DNA of 64,000 bases from Octopus sinensis (GCF_006345805.1 NC_043004.1:65100001-65164000), one strand, 5' to 3'. Positions 12,357 through 27,716 are shown, counted from the first letter of the stretch. Notes: a model not told the origin generated them from the sequence alone. Numbers and translations: made by a program.

Positions 12357-13139
12357 TAGTTTGGAAGTGAGAAATGGAGCGAAGACTTGTGTGAGTAATT
12401 TAGTTGGAGGAAAATATTGGATGGAAACCCCTCGAAGGAAGCATTTCTGCTTTTTCTTGCAGTTTACTTCACACCACCACATGACCCAACTGAAACATGT
12501 TCATAAACACACAAACACAAACACATACGCACACACACACATACACACATACACACTTGTCTTACATAGTCACCGGTATTTGTGGGAAGGAGGAAATAGA
12601 AGAGCTATGCTCAGGCAGGAAAACTGGCCCAATCACTTCTCCAGTTTGCCAAAGGCATCTCAGGGGCATTCAAGGGTCATGTGTGTCTAACTGAAGTTAA
12701 TTTTGATGAGAAAAGCAAACAACTCGATGTGGAAAGGATTGTGAGTGTAAAGAGATACATCGACAGCATCAGTCAATTTGCCATCTCGTCCAGATATCGA
12801 ATCATTATATTTCATTATTGCTCCGACATCCATATCATATTCTCCTTTTCTGTGTTACTTCATTATATCACAGTAAAAGCAGCAAAGCATTTCTTTATAG
12901 CTCTAACAACTGTAGAGTACCTTCCGTATCACTAAAGCTATACAAAAGAACACAAAGGCGAACCCCGTCCTTGTTCGAAAGATATCTGTAATAGAAACGT
13001 GAAGACTCATATTCTCCTCGGACTGACTCCCATAACCATTCGATATTTTTTTTTTAAATCATATATTTTTGTAAATAATTGTGTCAAAAATTGTTAAAAT
13101 ATTTTGTGCATTGTAGAAGTTTGACCAATTTATTGCAGA

Positions 13140-13260
13140 TGAATTTTTAACAGCAAAATCATCCGTGGTGCCACAAGGGCCATATAGACCCCAGTCTAGC
13201 TCCACTGCTGTATATGAACGTTGATAATAGCTCTCGCTGGAAAATAGAGCAGTATAAGGC
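13140..13260 (+). pseudogene. Possible LINE RT motif-B relic
   Basis: VVPQG followed after a frameshift by LAPLLYMN. Confidence 0.3.
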
Positions 13261-13929
13261 TTTAACAAGACAAGGCAGACACAAATGTCCCATCGTCAAC
13301 ACAGATATACCTGCGTCAGCGCAGACAGGCTAGCTGAAGAGGACAAGTAAATTCTACTGAAGAACAACACTAGGGAAGGACTGGGGAACATCGCCTTGCC
13401 GTACAGTCACAACTGCTCGAATACTACTCAATCAACGAGACCCAAGCAAACTCTTCGGATGCACATCAATGGTGTTTGCGTACACCAACTCCACAAACGC
13501 GATTGCACATTTTTGATCATGCAAACGTATAGAGATAGTAGAAAAGGAGTAAAATAGAAAAGATGATTTATGAACTGTCATTTACTCTGAGTTTCGCGAT
13601 GCCATCTTTCAATGCATTTCACTTTTAAATAGCCATACTCTGACACGAAACTTACTCGCACGCATGTCCGCCCGAAGCAAGCACGCACGAAGATTGCCCG
13701 AACGTTTGCCCGCATCCCCGTTCCCTCTCATGCCCGCACGCACTCACGGACACAGACACACACGCATGCACACCCACACCCGTACGTACGAATGCACACA
13801 CTGTTAAAAATGTATATATGTGTGTGTATGTGTATGCGTGTATATATACTATATATGTGTGTGTGAATATATATGCACCTATCTATCTATCTATTTATAT
13901 AGATAATAGATACATATACACATATATAT

Positions 13930-13970
<41 letters not shown>

Positions 13971-14094
13971 AATACATATATATATATATATGTATATATA
14001 TACACATATATATACATATATATACATATATATACATATATATTTATATATATGTATATATACATATATGCATATATATTTATATATGTATATG

Positions 14095-14127
<33 letters not shown>

Positions 14128-14701
14128 TATATATATATCTTTACTTATCAAAAATACATGCACACACACACACTCTTACAATATATTTATATGCGAATGT
14201 ATGAGTGTGTGTGTGTGTGTGTGTGTGTTGTGTGTGTGTGTGTGTGAATGCGAGGTGTTTTTGTGTGTCCATAGCATTGCAAGCGTGAAACAGATTCATG
14301 CGTGCATGAAAACTCTCTAAAACTATGACGTGGGTGGAAACAGAAGAAGAAATGATAAGAAGTCTATTATTGTAAATGGAAAAAATATGTAAAGTGAATT
14401 GAAACGTAAAGACAATTGGTGTTGAAACTATAGCAGAATCGATTAGACTGTTTGTTTTATATGAAAGAAATTCAGAACAACTTGCACAAGTGGCTTGCAG
14501 TACTTGTTGTTATCACAGTTATTGCTGTGTTATAGTTATGGGCTTTTTTTGTTGTTGTTGTTGTTGTTGCAGTTGTGCATTTTGCAGTATTTAGCTTCAT
14601 TCTCTTGTGATTTTGTTGTTGCTGTTAGAGGTAGATCGACTCGTCTATTGCAGACCTATGATAAAAATTGTTCCGATCGTGACCATCCTGTATAATCTTT
14701 T

Positions 14702-15228
<527 letters not shown>

Positions 15229-15260
15229 ATACACACAAATATATACATACATACATACAT

Positions 15261-15292
<32 letters not shown>

Positions 15293-15405
15293 CACACACA
15301 CATATATATATATATATATGCTTGTTATATTGTTATAATGTTTTGTTATAATGTATATATATTGTTATATATATATTGTTGTTTTGATAACATACAATAT
15401 TACAT

Positions 15406-15805
15406 GGCGGCGAGCTGGCAGAAACGTTAGAATGCCGGGCGAAATGCTTACGTTATTTCGTCTGCCGCTACGTTCTGAGTTCAAATTCCGCCGAGGTCGA
15501 CTTTGCCTTTCATCCTTTCGGAGTCGATTAAATAAGTACCAGTTACGCACTGGGGTCGATATAATCGACTTAATCCGTTTGTCTGTCCTTGTTTGTCCTC
15601 TCTGTGTTTAGCCCCTTGTGGGTAGTAAAGAAATAGGTATTTCGTCTGCTGCTACGTTCTGAGTCCAAATTCCGCCGAGGTCGTCTTAGCCTTTCATCCT
15701 TTCGGGTTCGATATATTAAGTGCCAGTTGCGCACTGAGGTTGATCTAATCGACTGGTCCCCTCCCCCAAAATTTCGGGCCTTGTACCTAGAGTAGAAAAG
15801 TATAT
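15406..15805 (+). mobile_element. tRNA-derived SINE family B with duplicated body
   Basis: GGCGGCGAGCTGGCAGAAACGTTAG...GAGTTCAAATTCCGCCGAGGTCGACTTTGCCTTTCATCC, with the body repeated. Confidence 0.88.
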
Positions 15806-16129
15806 TACAATAACCAATGTTATTGTAATGTGCTTTTGCATGCATTTTAATATTACGATCATGAAATTAGTATTAGCTTATCTCACTTTTTGTCAGGGAA
15901 CCTCTAGAAGCCTTTTGTGGGACCCTAGGGTTCAGTAGAGAAACGCTGTTCCCTATGTTTTCTTTCACATATAAAGCAGTTGAGTGTTTGTTATTTATAG
16001 GGAAGAATTAGCTGTTAATTCTAGTTGCCTAATCGAACGCGTATATGGCTCCCTCGTTGGCAAGTTTTAGTTTGATGTTTGTCAGGGGCGAACAGTGATA
16101 AAAAAATGGCGTTAATCTTGTGCAGGTGT

Positions 16130-16828
16130 TGATGATGATGATGGTGGTGATGATGGTGGTGGTGATGATGGTGGTGATGATGGTGGTGGTGATGATGGTG
16201 GTGGTGATGATGGTGGTGGTGATGATGGTGGTGGTGATGATGGTGGTGGTGATGATGGTGGTGGTGATGATGGTAGTGATGATGATGATGGTGGTGATGA
16301 TGATGGTGGTGGTGATGGTGGTGGTGATGATGATGAGGAGGAGGACGACGAGAGGGATGTGAGTGACGCAAGATGTGATGGTTATGATGATGATGTTACT
16401 ACTGATGTCTGTTGTGTTGAGATGGTTTTGGATGATGACGACGATGATGATTATGAGGATGGTGTTGGTGGAGAGGATGGTGGTGGTAATGAACGCGGCG
16501 ATGGTGGTGATGACGGTGATAATGATGGCAAGGCTGACGTAAACGATGACGACGTCGATGTAGACTGCCGACGACGACATTCATAATGACCTTGGTGATG
16601 ATGATGATGGTGATGCTGATGATGATGGTGATGATGGTGATGATGGTGATGATGGTGATGATGGTGATGCTGATGATGGTGATGATGGTGATGATGATGA
16701 CGATGATGATGGTGATGATGGTGATGATGGTGATGCTGATGATGGTGATGATGGTGATGATGGTGATGATGACGATGAAAATCATGATGCTGTTTACAAC
16801 AACAACAGCAGCAGCAACTACTACTACA

Positions 16829-16873
<45 letters not shown>

Positions 16874-17097
16874 GCTACTACTACTACTACTGCTACTGCT
16901 GCTGGTGCTACTACTGCTGCTGTTACTTTCGATGTCCTTCAGTTGTTTTGGTGGTGGTGGTTATGCTACTACTACCACTACTACTACTACTACTACTACA
17001 AGTACTGCTGCTGCTGCTGCTGCTGCGGCTACTACAACTACTACTATTAGTACTACTTCCACTACTACTACTGCTACTGATGCGGCTGCTGCTGCGG

Positions 17098-17130
<33 letters not shown>

Positions 17131-18210
17131 TTAGTATTACTTCCACTACTACTACTGCTACTGCTGCGGCTGTTGGTGCCACTACTGCTGCTGCTGCGAC
17201 TACTACTACTACTACTACTACACTACTGGTGCTGCTGCTGCTGCTACTGCTGCTACTACTGCTACCTTTACTATTATCACCACCACCCCCACCTCAACCC
17301 CCACCATTACTACCGTCACTACTAATCCTATTAATATAATATCAATTGTCAAACCGTTGTCCCGAACAATATTCAGAGAGATTGCAATGGAGACAAAATG
17401 AACGCCGCACAAACGCACAGATATCGACTAAGGGACCACCACTTCACTACACAGTCAATTAAACATGAATACAGCGACACCTTACCCGGGTACTGAATTA
17501 TCGACCCTGAAATGTGTTAAAGCTAATGTAAATCAGCCAGATTTTGAATGGAGAACAAACAATAAAATAAAACCAACACTAACCCCTCAAAACACCCAAG
17601 AAGGCGTGGAACCTTTTTCGTCAATATCACACGAACATTACACTACCATTAGTTACTTTTTCTCTTTTTTTTAAAAGAAATGTAATTGTTAGCAGCATTG
17701 CTATAAACCCATATCCACCGCCATTGCTCTGAATCACCACCACCACCACCACCACCACAACCACCACTACCACCACCACCACCACCGCCACCACTACCGC
17801 CAGCAGCAGCACCACCACCACCACCACCAACCACCACCACCACCACCACCACCGCCGCCACCAGCACCATTACCACCACCACCACCACCACCACCACCAT
17901 CACCACCACCATCATCACAACCACCACCACCACCACTACCACGACCACCACGACCACCACCGCCACCACCATCACCACCACCACCGCCACCATCACCACC
18001 ACCACCACCACCGCCACCACTACCGCCAGCAGCAGCAGCAGCAGCACCACCACCACCACTACCACCACCACCACCACCACTACCACCACCACTATCACCA
18101 ACACTACCACCACCACCTCAGCCAGTACTACCACCATCGCCACTTCATCAACTACTATCATCATTTTAACTACGACTACCTCATCTAATACCATCCACCA
18201 TTACAGCTGC
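16130..18210. repeat. Compound trinucleotide microsatellite field (GAT/GGT, CTA/CTG, CAC)
   Basis: Direct reading of the sequence. Confidence 0.95.
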
Positions 18211-18414
18211 CACCTCAACCATCTCATGATTGTGAGCCCGAAGCCCTAACCACTGACGCATGCGCCTTCTAAAGAACGAGTAAAAGACAATATCTATTTC
18301 AATTTTGGTGAAAATTCCCTTCGATATTGAACCCTGTATCTTTACGTAAGAAGAGGTGACAGCGACAGCCCCATGGAACAGAGGAAGGCATCTACGTATG
18401 CATCTTTTATTTTT

Positions 18415-18838
18415 TTATCTTCGACTTCTTTCAGCCATTAGACTGCGGCCATGCTGGGGCACCGTCTTCAATAATTTTAGCCGAATGAATCAGCCAAAAT
18501 ACTTATTATCATTTTGCTAAGCCTAGTACTTATTCTATCGGACTTTTTGGCGAAGCGCTAGGTAGCAGGAACGTAAACAAACGATCACCGGTTCAAACAA
18601 ACGATCACCGGAGGTGGGAGAACAAAAACACAGACACGCACACGCACATACACACATCAATATACATATACGACAGGCTTCTTGCAGTTTCTGTTTACCA
18701 AATTCACTCACAAGACTTTACTCAGCCCCAGGCTATAGTAGAAGGGCACTTGCTCAAGGTGTCGATTAGTGGGACTGAACACGGAACCGCGTGGTCGCGA
18801 AGCTAAGTTCTTACCGCGCACACACAGCCCTATGTCTA
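18415..18838 (-). mobile_element. SINE family A, diverged
   Basis: Co-linear with other family-A copies. Contains a 20-bp tandem duplication at 18577-18612. Confidence 0.85.
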
Positions 18839-20174
18839 TAAAAAGAGATAGCGCGTCCGTGAATGGACACGGACCATCAACTGATCGGTTAACAGCCGAA
18901 CGCGCTAACTGGTATGTATAAATTTTAATTTCAATGAAAATTCCCATCGATATCGAACCGCGCATCACTAAGTAGGCTTGAAAAGGTGCTACCGACGGCC
19001 TCACAGGAATGAGCAACGCAGCACCGCCAGAGAAAATAACCATTAACAAAACCACAGTTAACAAGATCAGTGCCACCAATAAAAAGAAAAAAGAAAATTT
19101 TCATAAAAATTTTCCTCTCAGTCGAACCTCGGACTACAATTCAAGCAAGAAAAGGTGCTTCCGACAGCCCCACGGGGAATGCGTGAAGCAGCGGCTTAAT
19201 CCATATAAATTAGTGATTGTACATAAGCTTAAAACAAAACGGAACGAAACAAGCAAAAGAACGGTCAGAACAGAAATTAATGAAGATGGATCGACGGAAA
19301 ATGAATTAATAAGCAATTAAAAGAGGCTTTCCAAGAATTTCTTTCAACAAATGGAGACCCATATATGAATACGTTAATTAACCTATTTTATTCAGGAGCC
19401 ATGACACTTTAGAAGGAGAAACTGGATTCGAACCTTGTAAAGTAAGTCACCCCTCACCCTTAATCCTGACATTAAAAAAATACAATGGAAAGACAATATG
19501 CAGAATAAAATTAGAGTGAAATATAAAAATGAAGTGATTAAGAGGAAGTCCTATTTATTCAACCAGATAGAACGACCGAGATCTAAAATGGACAGAGAGA
19601 AAAAAAAGTTATGAACGAAGAATATAAATGATCAGAAATATGATTATTAGAAGTCATCCCGGAAAAAGACAAAATAAAGAAAATTCTGGAAAAAAAATGG
19701 CAAATGGCGTTTCTATCGTCATTGCCGTCACCATCACCGTCGCCATCGCCGTCGCCACAGCCGCCGCCGCCTCCGTCGTTGTTGTTCTGGTCGGCCATGT
19801 TCGTGGAGGACTGTGATCAAAAGTATTCCAGCGTTATCCCATATTTGCTTTAGTCACTCGGATTGCGGCCATGCTGAGCAATCGTCTTGAAAGGCTTAAA
19901 TCCATAACTTTTTTTAAGCCTGTTTCGCTGACTAAAGATACGTAAAAAAGCCTTTTGTTTTCTGCAAATTTGAACCATTTCTAATATACGATCACGTGGT
20001 TATTCCATTCTGATACTGTCTCCTCTCTTGGAAGCTTATCTCTCCTTCCTCTTTCTCTCGGATCTTTGGTACCCCTAGTTATCCAACTTAAAATGACTCC
20101 GCTCGATTTATCGTTAGAAATTTATTCTTCTCGGACTCTACTATCATGGATCTATGTATAAATCACTGTTGTTG

Positions 20175-20225
<51 letters not shown>

Positions 20226-20477
20226 CTATACAATATGTTACATTACTCGGTAGTCAAGATAGAACTCTGAGTTTCAGATGCCGAAGTGGAAATCCACAAC
20301 ACCATCTCTTCGGTTATCTGGCTATTTGAAAACGTTATGAAAAAATACCGTTAAAAATGAAGGGAAATTACTCTGTTATAATTCTGCTTTGCCCGCGTAC
20401 TTATACATCGCTCGCGTTTTTCGTCATAAAAATTATATAAAAATACATAAAAATATATAAAAATATATAAAATCTTC

Positions 20478-21905
20478 TTGGGACATAACACAGAAAGCAT
20501 GTTCTATCCGTTTTCTTTAGGGGACCAAAAACGTAACAGAAATTTAGTCACATGTGGGCATGATCCGAAAAGCTCTGTCCTTGTATTTAGACATGTGGTA
20601 GGGTCTAAGCTGCTTTTCCAGATAAGCCATCTCTCCATGTCGCATAAACCGCACCTTCCGCTGCCGTTAGTATAGGGCTTACATCTGGCCAAAATCTTCC
20701 ATTGTATGTATAATCGACACCTTTATCTCTTAAAGACCAAATATGATTGGATAATTGTGTCGCTTTTCTTTTGTTCCAGTGCCTAAAGCTCAAAGTGTGG
20801 TTATTGAACCTGGCCTTGAAATTACCCTCTGTCAGGCCCACGTATTTCTTCGTCGAAACGGTGTCTTTAGTGGTTATAGAGTTTACGGTAGCTTCATATA
20901 TGATGGTCTTGGACATGCAAGCTCCATTTAGCGGGCACAATTCTTTATTCCTGCATGAACAGCTGTTTTCTTCTTGTGTTTTTTGTATGTTATGATTGAT
21001 TATGTTTTTAAAATTGGTAGTTGAACTAAAACTAATTTTTAAATTGTGTCTATTGAAGAGTTTCCTATAAGCATGGTTAACTGGAAAATGTCTATCTATC
21101 AGTGCTAGGAAATATTTACCTATATTGAAGGCCACCTCGGGTGAGTAAGGGGGCGTAAACCAGATGACCTTCCTATTTCTATTATTCCTTTTCCTTATTG
21201 TTGGGCTGGTGATAGGTGTATATTTTATTTTTTCGCTAAAACCACTATCTTTTAAAGCTTTATTATAAACTGGGGCAACGCTATTGAAGATGTCCTCATT
21301 AGATGAGAGGCTAGAAATCCTCTTACTAATATTTTTAACTAAATTTTTGAATACTATAGGGGGATGGCATGAACCTACATTAATATAACTTAGTCTATCA
21401 TTGGGCTTCCTATAAGGCTTATAAATATTATTATTAAGATCTAAGGAAACGTCTAAGAAATTGATAACCGTCAGGTTAGTGTCTTATACTAAGTCCGAAG
21501 TGTTTCATTAACTGGATAATATCCTTCCTAAAACGATCTTGTGCTGGTCCATTTGTATTAGCTGTTAAGGCGAGGGCATCATCTTTGTAGATGGCGAAAT
21601 GTACGTTAGGGAATGTCTTACCGAAGGTATCTAGGAGAAAGAGTCCAATTAGATCACAGATGCCTGCCCCATCATATGAACCATGCTCACATCGAAAGCG
21701 CCCTCCGTGTCGTGTTTTTTTTACCCACTTTGCATTCTCACTGAAAAGTAATGTCTTTCTAGCATGGAAGATTATATCCTTATCATTGGTACTAATTTCT
21801 ATGAAGTCACTAGCGAAGATTAGGGCTTTATCTAGCAGTTCTTTAGAGATAGAGGCATAAAAATCAACAATATCGAATTGTGTAAACCTCGCTTTTTTCT
21901 TATTC
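20478..21905 (-). pseudogene. PLE reverse transcriptase + GIY-YIG endonuclease, frameshifted
   Basis: Minus-strand translation gives FDIVDFYASIS, (M)GSYDGAGICDLIG, YKDD, NFLDVSLDL, CHPP, RKVIWFTPPYS, CSCRNKELCPLNGAC, IIYEA...YVGLTEGNFKARFNNH and a C-terminal CGLCDMER...LNTRTELFGSCPH. These are typical PLE motifs, with several frameshifts. Confidence 0.92.
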
Positions 21906-22195
21906 TTAAGACCCTACCACATGTCTAAATACAAGGACACAGCTTTTCGGATCATGCCCACATGTGACTAAATTTCTGTTACGTTTTTGGTCCCCTAAAG
22001 AAAACGGATAGAACATGCTTTCTGTGTTATGTCCCAAGAAGATTTTATATATTTTTATATATTTTTATGTATTTTTATATAATTTTTATGACGAAAAACG
22101 CGAGCGATGTATAAGTACGAGGGCAAAGCAGAATTATAACAGAGTAATTTCCCTTCATTTTTAACGCTATTTTTTCATAACGTTTTCAAATAGCC

Positions 22196-22258
22196 AGATA
22201 ACCGAAGAGATGGTGTTGTGGATTTCCACTTCGGCATCTGAAACTCAGAGTTTTATCT
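22196..22258 (+). ncRNA. Type-I hammerhead-like motif in the PLE pLTR (core variant CCGAAGA)
   Basis: AGATAA-CCGAAGA-GATG...CATC-T-GAAA-CTCAGAG-TT-TTATCT. Stem I is AGATAA/TTATCT and helix III is the palindromic ACTCAGAGT. A mirror copy lies on the minus strand at about 20255-20320. Confidence 0.6.
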
Positions 22259-22339
22259 TGACTACCGAGTAATGTAACATATTGTATAGATAAATTTCCT
22301 CTATTTACATAATATTGAGGTCTCTTTCTTTCTTTTGTT

Positions 22340-22359
22340 ATCTTACCGTTTTATCAATA

Positions 22360-22409
<50 letters not shown>

Positions 22410-22556
22410 TATATATATGGGTGTGTATGTGTGTATGTATGTATGTATGTATATATGTATGTATGTGTGTATGTATGTATGTATGTATATATGTATGTAG
22501 TATGTATGTATGTATGTATGTATGTATGTATGTATGTATGTATGTATGTATGTATG

Positions 22557-22590
<34 letters not shown>

Positions 22591-22792
22591 TATATGTATG
22601 TATGTATATATGTATGTATGTATGTATGTATATATGTATGTATGTATGTATATATGCATGCATGTATGTATGTATGTATGTATGTATGTATGTATGTATA
22701 TATGTATGTATGTATATATGTATGTATGTATATATGCATGCATGTATGTATGTATGTATGTATGTATGTATGTATGTATGTATGTATGTATA
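22340..22792. repeat. (TA)n/(TATG)n microsatellite
   Basis: Direct reading. Similar fields occur throughout the window, e.g. 565-900, 3030-3240, 13800-14250, 31200-31550 and 43480-43680. Confidence 0.95.
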
Positions 22793-23370
22793 TAAATGTT
22801 AATAGTAATGGTAAGACAACAAAAGACTGAATGAGACGTCGATATTATGTAAAGAGAGGAATTTATATGTGACGATTATTCGGTTGCCATGATAGGAGCC
22901 CGAGTTTCGGATGTCGTTGCGGACACCTGCTCCGGCATCCCGTCAGTTACCGAGGAGTCAATCAAAAAATCATTGCCACAGCCGTCGCCGTCACCGTTAC
23001 AACCACCATCACTGTCGTTGTTGTCGCCGTCGCCGTTGCCACTGCCGCCGCCGCTGCCGCCGCCGCTGCCGCCGCCGCTGCCGCTGCCGCCGCCCCTACC
23101 ACCGCCGCTGCCGCCATCGTTGTTATTCTCGTCGGCCATGTTACGTATATACGTCGGGTTTCTTTCCGTTTCCGTTTACGAAATTCACCGACAAGGCTTT
23201 GATCGGCGCGACGCTATAGTAGAAGACACTCGACAAGTTGCCACGCAGTGGGACAAAACGTGGAACCATGTGGTCTGAAAGGAAGTTCTTTACCACAACC
23301 ACAGCTGCGCACAATCATATTTTTATTATAATGTTCATAACTATATATATATTACGATATTTATATTATA

Positions 23371-23604
23371 CAGGGTGTTCAAAAAGTATCTCCGCAGTGA
23401 ATTTTTTCATCCTGCTCCTCACCATGGCGCTACTTCATGACTTTTTTGATGAACGGATTATTTCGAAGGGACTTTAACCGCCAGGTTCATCTGATTTAAC
23501 TCCACCAAACTTTATTTTTCTGGGGAGCAAGTAAAGGATCAGTATACAAGAATTGTCCGAAAACCCACAAATACTCACTGCGGAGAGACTTTTTGAAAAC
23601 TCTT
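23371..23604 (+). mobile_element. Degenerate Tc1/mariner-superfamily deletion derivative
   Basis: TA-CAGGGTGTTCAAAAAGTATCTCCGCAGTGA and an imperfect inverted copy at about 23575-23604. The interior PPGSSDLTPPNLFFWG resembles WPPRSPDLTPxDFFLWG. Confidence 0.7.
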
Positions 23605-23710
23605 TATTATATTATATTATATTATTTTATATTACGTTATAATATATCGTACATATATATATGTGTGTGTATGCGGTCCATTTGTTGTAATATATATATA
23701 TATATATATA

Positions 23711-24116
23711 GGTGGAGGAGTGACTGTGTGGTAAGTAGCTTGCTTACCAACCACATGGTTCCGGGTTCAGTCCCACTGCGTGGCACGTTAGGCTAGTGTC
23801 TTCTATTATAGCCTCGGCCCGATCAAATCCTTGTGAGTGGATTTGGTAGATGGAAACTGAAAGAAGCCCGTCGTATATATGTATACGTATATATATATAT
23901 GTGTGTATGTGTTTGTGTTTCCCCCCTCCCAACATCACTTGACAACCGATGCTATTGCGTTTACGTCCCCGTAAGTTAGCGGTTCGGCAAAAGAGACCGA
24001 TAGAATAAGTACTAAGCTTACAAAGAATAAGTTCTGGAGTAGATTTTCTCGACTAAAGACAGTGATCCAGAATGGCCGCAGTCAAATGACTGAAACAAGT
24101 AAAAGAGTAGAAAAGA

Positions 24117-24120
<4 letters not shown>
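23711..24120 (+). mobile_element. SINE family A, full length
   Basis: Head, microsatellite middle and AGTAAAAGAG tail are all present. Confidence 0.9.
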
Positions 24121-24160
<40 letters not shown>

Positions 24161-24689
24161 TGTTCTACACACAAAACCGAGATGTCAGATGCCACGTAAT
24201 TCAAGCCGAATCAACAATATCGAAAGATATGTTACACAATGTTCAGGGCGACTAATTACCAACGGTTATAAAAAATAAATGAAGAAAAATATAATTAAAA
24301 CAAGGCAAGCTGAACTCGTAAATACAATAAGTATAACAACAACAACAACAGCAAAAATAACAACAGCGATACGAAGAACAAGAACATTAAGAATAGGATC
24401 ACCATCAAGATCGATACCAATATATCGAATGCACTAATTAGTCAGCTGCCTGAATCCCGTACGCTTTGATTTTTAGTAAAAAATAAATAAATAAATCAAA
24501 AGATATACAATATAAACATAAAACAAAACAAAATGTGAATTAAAAGTAATGTACAAGAAGAAATGAATGTAATAATGATAATAATAAATGATAACAAGAT
24601 TTATCACTGTTTTGTCGCTGTGCTATTGCTGCTGCTGCTGTTGATGTCCATGATGATGATGATGATGATCGTGATAATGTAACAACAAC

Positions 24690-24758
24690 AATAATAATAA
24701 TATTATCATTAATAATAATAATAATAATAGTGAAAATGATGATAATAACAAGAACAAT

Positions 24759-24789
<31 letters not shown>

Positions 24790-24996
24790 GTGAAAATGAT
24801 GATAATAACAAGAATAATGTTAATAATAATAAAATAATAATAATAATAATAGTGAAAATGATGATAATAACAAGAATAATGTTATATAATAATAATAATA
24901 ATAATAATAGTGAAAATGATGATAATAACAAGAACAATGTTAATAATAATAATTAATAATCATAATAGTGAAAATGATGATAATAACAAGAACAAT

Positions 24997-25027
<31 letters not shown>

Positions 25028-25769
25028 GTGAAAATGATGATAATAACAAGAACAATGTTAATAATAATAATAATAATAATATAGTGAAAATGATGATATA
25101 ACAAGAACAATGTTAATAATATAATAATAATAATAATATAGTGAAAATGATGATAATAACAAGAACAAATTAATAATAATAATAATATAATAATAATAGT
25201 GAAAATGATGATAATAACAAGAAACATGTTAATAATAATAATAATAATAATAATAGTGAAAATGATGATAATAACAAGAATAATGTTAATATAATAATAA
25301 TAATAAAATAATAATATGAAAATGATGATAATAACAAGAATAATGTTAATAATATAATAATAATAATAATAATAATAGTGAAAATGATGATAATAACAAG
25401 AATAATGTTAATAATAATAATAATAATTAATAATAGTGAAAATGATGATAATAACAAGATAATGTTAATAATAATAATAATAATAATAATAGTGAAAATG
25501 ATGATAATAACAAGAATAATGTTAAAATAATAATAATAATAATAATAATCGTGAAAATGATGATAATAACAAGAACAATGTTAATAATAATAATAATAAT
25601 AATATAGTGAAAATGATGATAATAACAAGAATAATGTTAATAATAATAATAATATATAATAATAGTGAAAATGATGATAATAACAAGAATAATGTTAATA
25701 ATAATATAATAATAATAATATAATATAATAATAATATAATAGTGAAAATGATATAATAACAAGAATAAT

Positions 25770-25800
<31 letters not shown>

Positions 25801-25829
25801 GTGAAAATGATGATAATAACAAGAATACT

Positions 25830-25866
<37 letters not shown>

Positions 25867-25958
25867 GTGAAAATGATGATAATAACAAGAATAATGTTCA
25901 TAATAATATAATAATAATAATAATAATAGTGAAAATGATGATAATAACAAGAACAATG

Positions 25959-25992
<34 letters not shown>

Positions 25993-26143
25993 GTGAAAAT
26001 GATGATAATAACAAGAATAATGTTAATATAATAATAATAATAATAATAATAATAGTGAAAATGATGATAATAACAAGAACAATGAATATAATAATCATAA
26101 TAATAATAATAATATTGAAAATGATGATAATAACAAGAACAAT

Positions 26144-26174
<31 letters not shown>

Positions 26175-26203
26175 GTGAAAATGATGATAATAACAAGAAC
26201 AAT

Positions 26204-26234
<31 letters not shown>

Positions 26235-26263
26235 GTGAAAATGATGATAATAACAAGAATAAT

Positions 26264-26300
<37 letters not shown>

Positions 26301-26329
26301 GTGAAAATGATGATAATAACAAGAATAAT

Positions 26330-26360
<31 letters not shown>

Positions 26361-26389
26361 GTGAAAATGATGATAATAACAAGAATAAT

Positions 26390-26420
<31 letters not shown>

Positions 26421-26678
26421 GTGAAAATGATGATAACAAGAATAATAATTGTAATATAATAATATAATATAATAATAGTGAAAATGATGATAATAACAAA
26501 ATATGTTAATAATAATAATAATAATAATAATAATCGTGAAAATGATGATAATAACAAGAACAATGTTAATATAATAATAATAATAATAATAATAGTGAAA
26601 ATGATGATAATAACAAGATAATTATAATAATAAATAATAATAATAATATAGTGAAAATGATGATATAACAAGAATAAT

Positions 26679-26730
<52 letters not shown>

Positions 26731-26759
26731 GTGAAAATGATGATAATAACAAGAATAAT

Positions 26760-26790
<31 letters not shown>

Positions 26791-26819
26791 GTGAAAATGA
26801 TGATAATAACAAGAATAAT

Positions 26820-26856
<37 letters not shown>

Positions 26857-26885
26857 GTGAAAATGATGATAATAACAAGAATAAT

Positions 26886-26919
<34 letters not shown>

Positions 26920-26948
26920 GTGAAAATGATGATAATAACAAGAACAAT

Positions 26949-26985
<37 letters not shown>

Positions 26986-27130
26986 GTGAAAATGATGATA
27001 ATAACAAGAATAATGTTAATAATAATAATAATAATATTAATAATAATAGTGAAAATGATGATAATAACAAGAATAATGTTAATAATAATAATAATATAAT
27101 AATAGTGAAAATGATGATATAAAAGAATAT

Positions 27131-27164
<34 letters not shown>

Positions 27165-27716
27165 GTGAAAATGATGATAATAACAAGAATAATGTTAATA
27201 ATAAAATAATAATAATAATAGTGAAAATGATGATAATAACAAGAACAATGTTAATAATAATAATAAAATAATATAATAGTGAAAATGATGATAAAACAGA
27301 ATAATGTTAATAATAAAATAATAATAATAATAATAATAGTGAAAATGATGATAATAACAAGAAATGTTAATAATAATAATAATAATAATAATAGTGAAAA
27401 TGATGATAATAACAAGAATAATGTTAATAATATAATAATAATAATAATAGTGAAAATGATGATAATAACAAGAATAATGTTAATAATAATAATAATAATA
27501 ATAATATAATAGTGAAAATGATGATAATAACAAGAACAATGTTAATAATAATAATAATAATAATATAATAGTGAAAATGATGATAATAACAAGAATAATG
27601 TTAATAATAATAATAATAATAATAATAGTGAAAATGATGATAATAACAAGAATAATGTTAATATAATATAATAATAATAATAATAATAGTGAAAATGATG
27701 ATAATCCAAGAATAAT

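Larger units (their letters stand above)
20223..22358 (-). mobile_element. Penelope-like retroelement, 5'-truncated, with an inverted copy of its 3' end (pLTR) attached
   Basis: Arms 20223-20609 and 21905-22292 are near-perfect inverted repeats. The interior encodes PLE RT and GIY-YIG motifs on the minus strand. Both ends abut (TA)n. Confidence 0.93.

Noticed and set aside
16021-18194. His-, Thr- and Met-rich long ORFs
   Set aside because: Stop-free trinucleotide repeats that are open in several frames on both strands.
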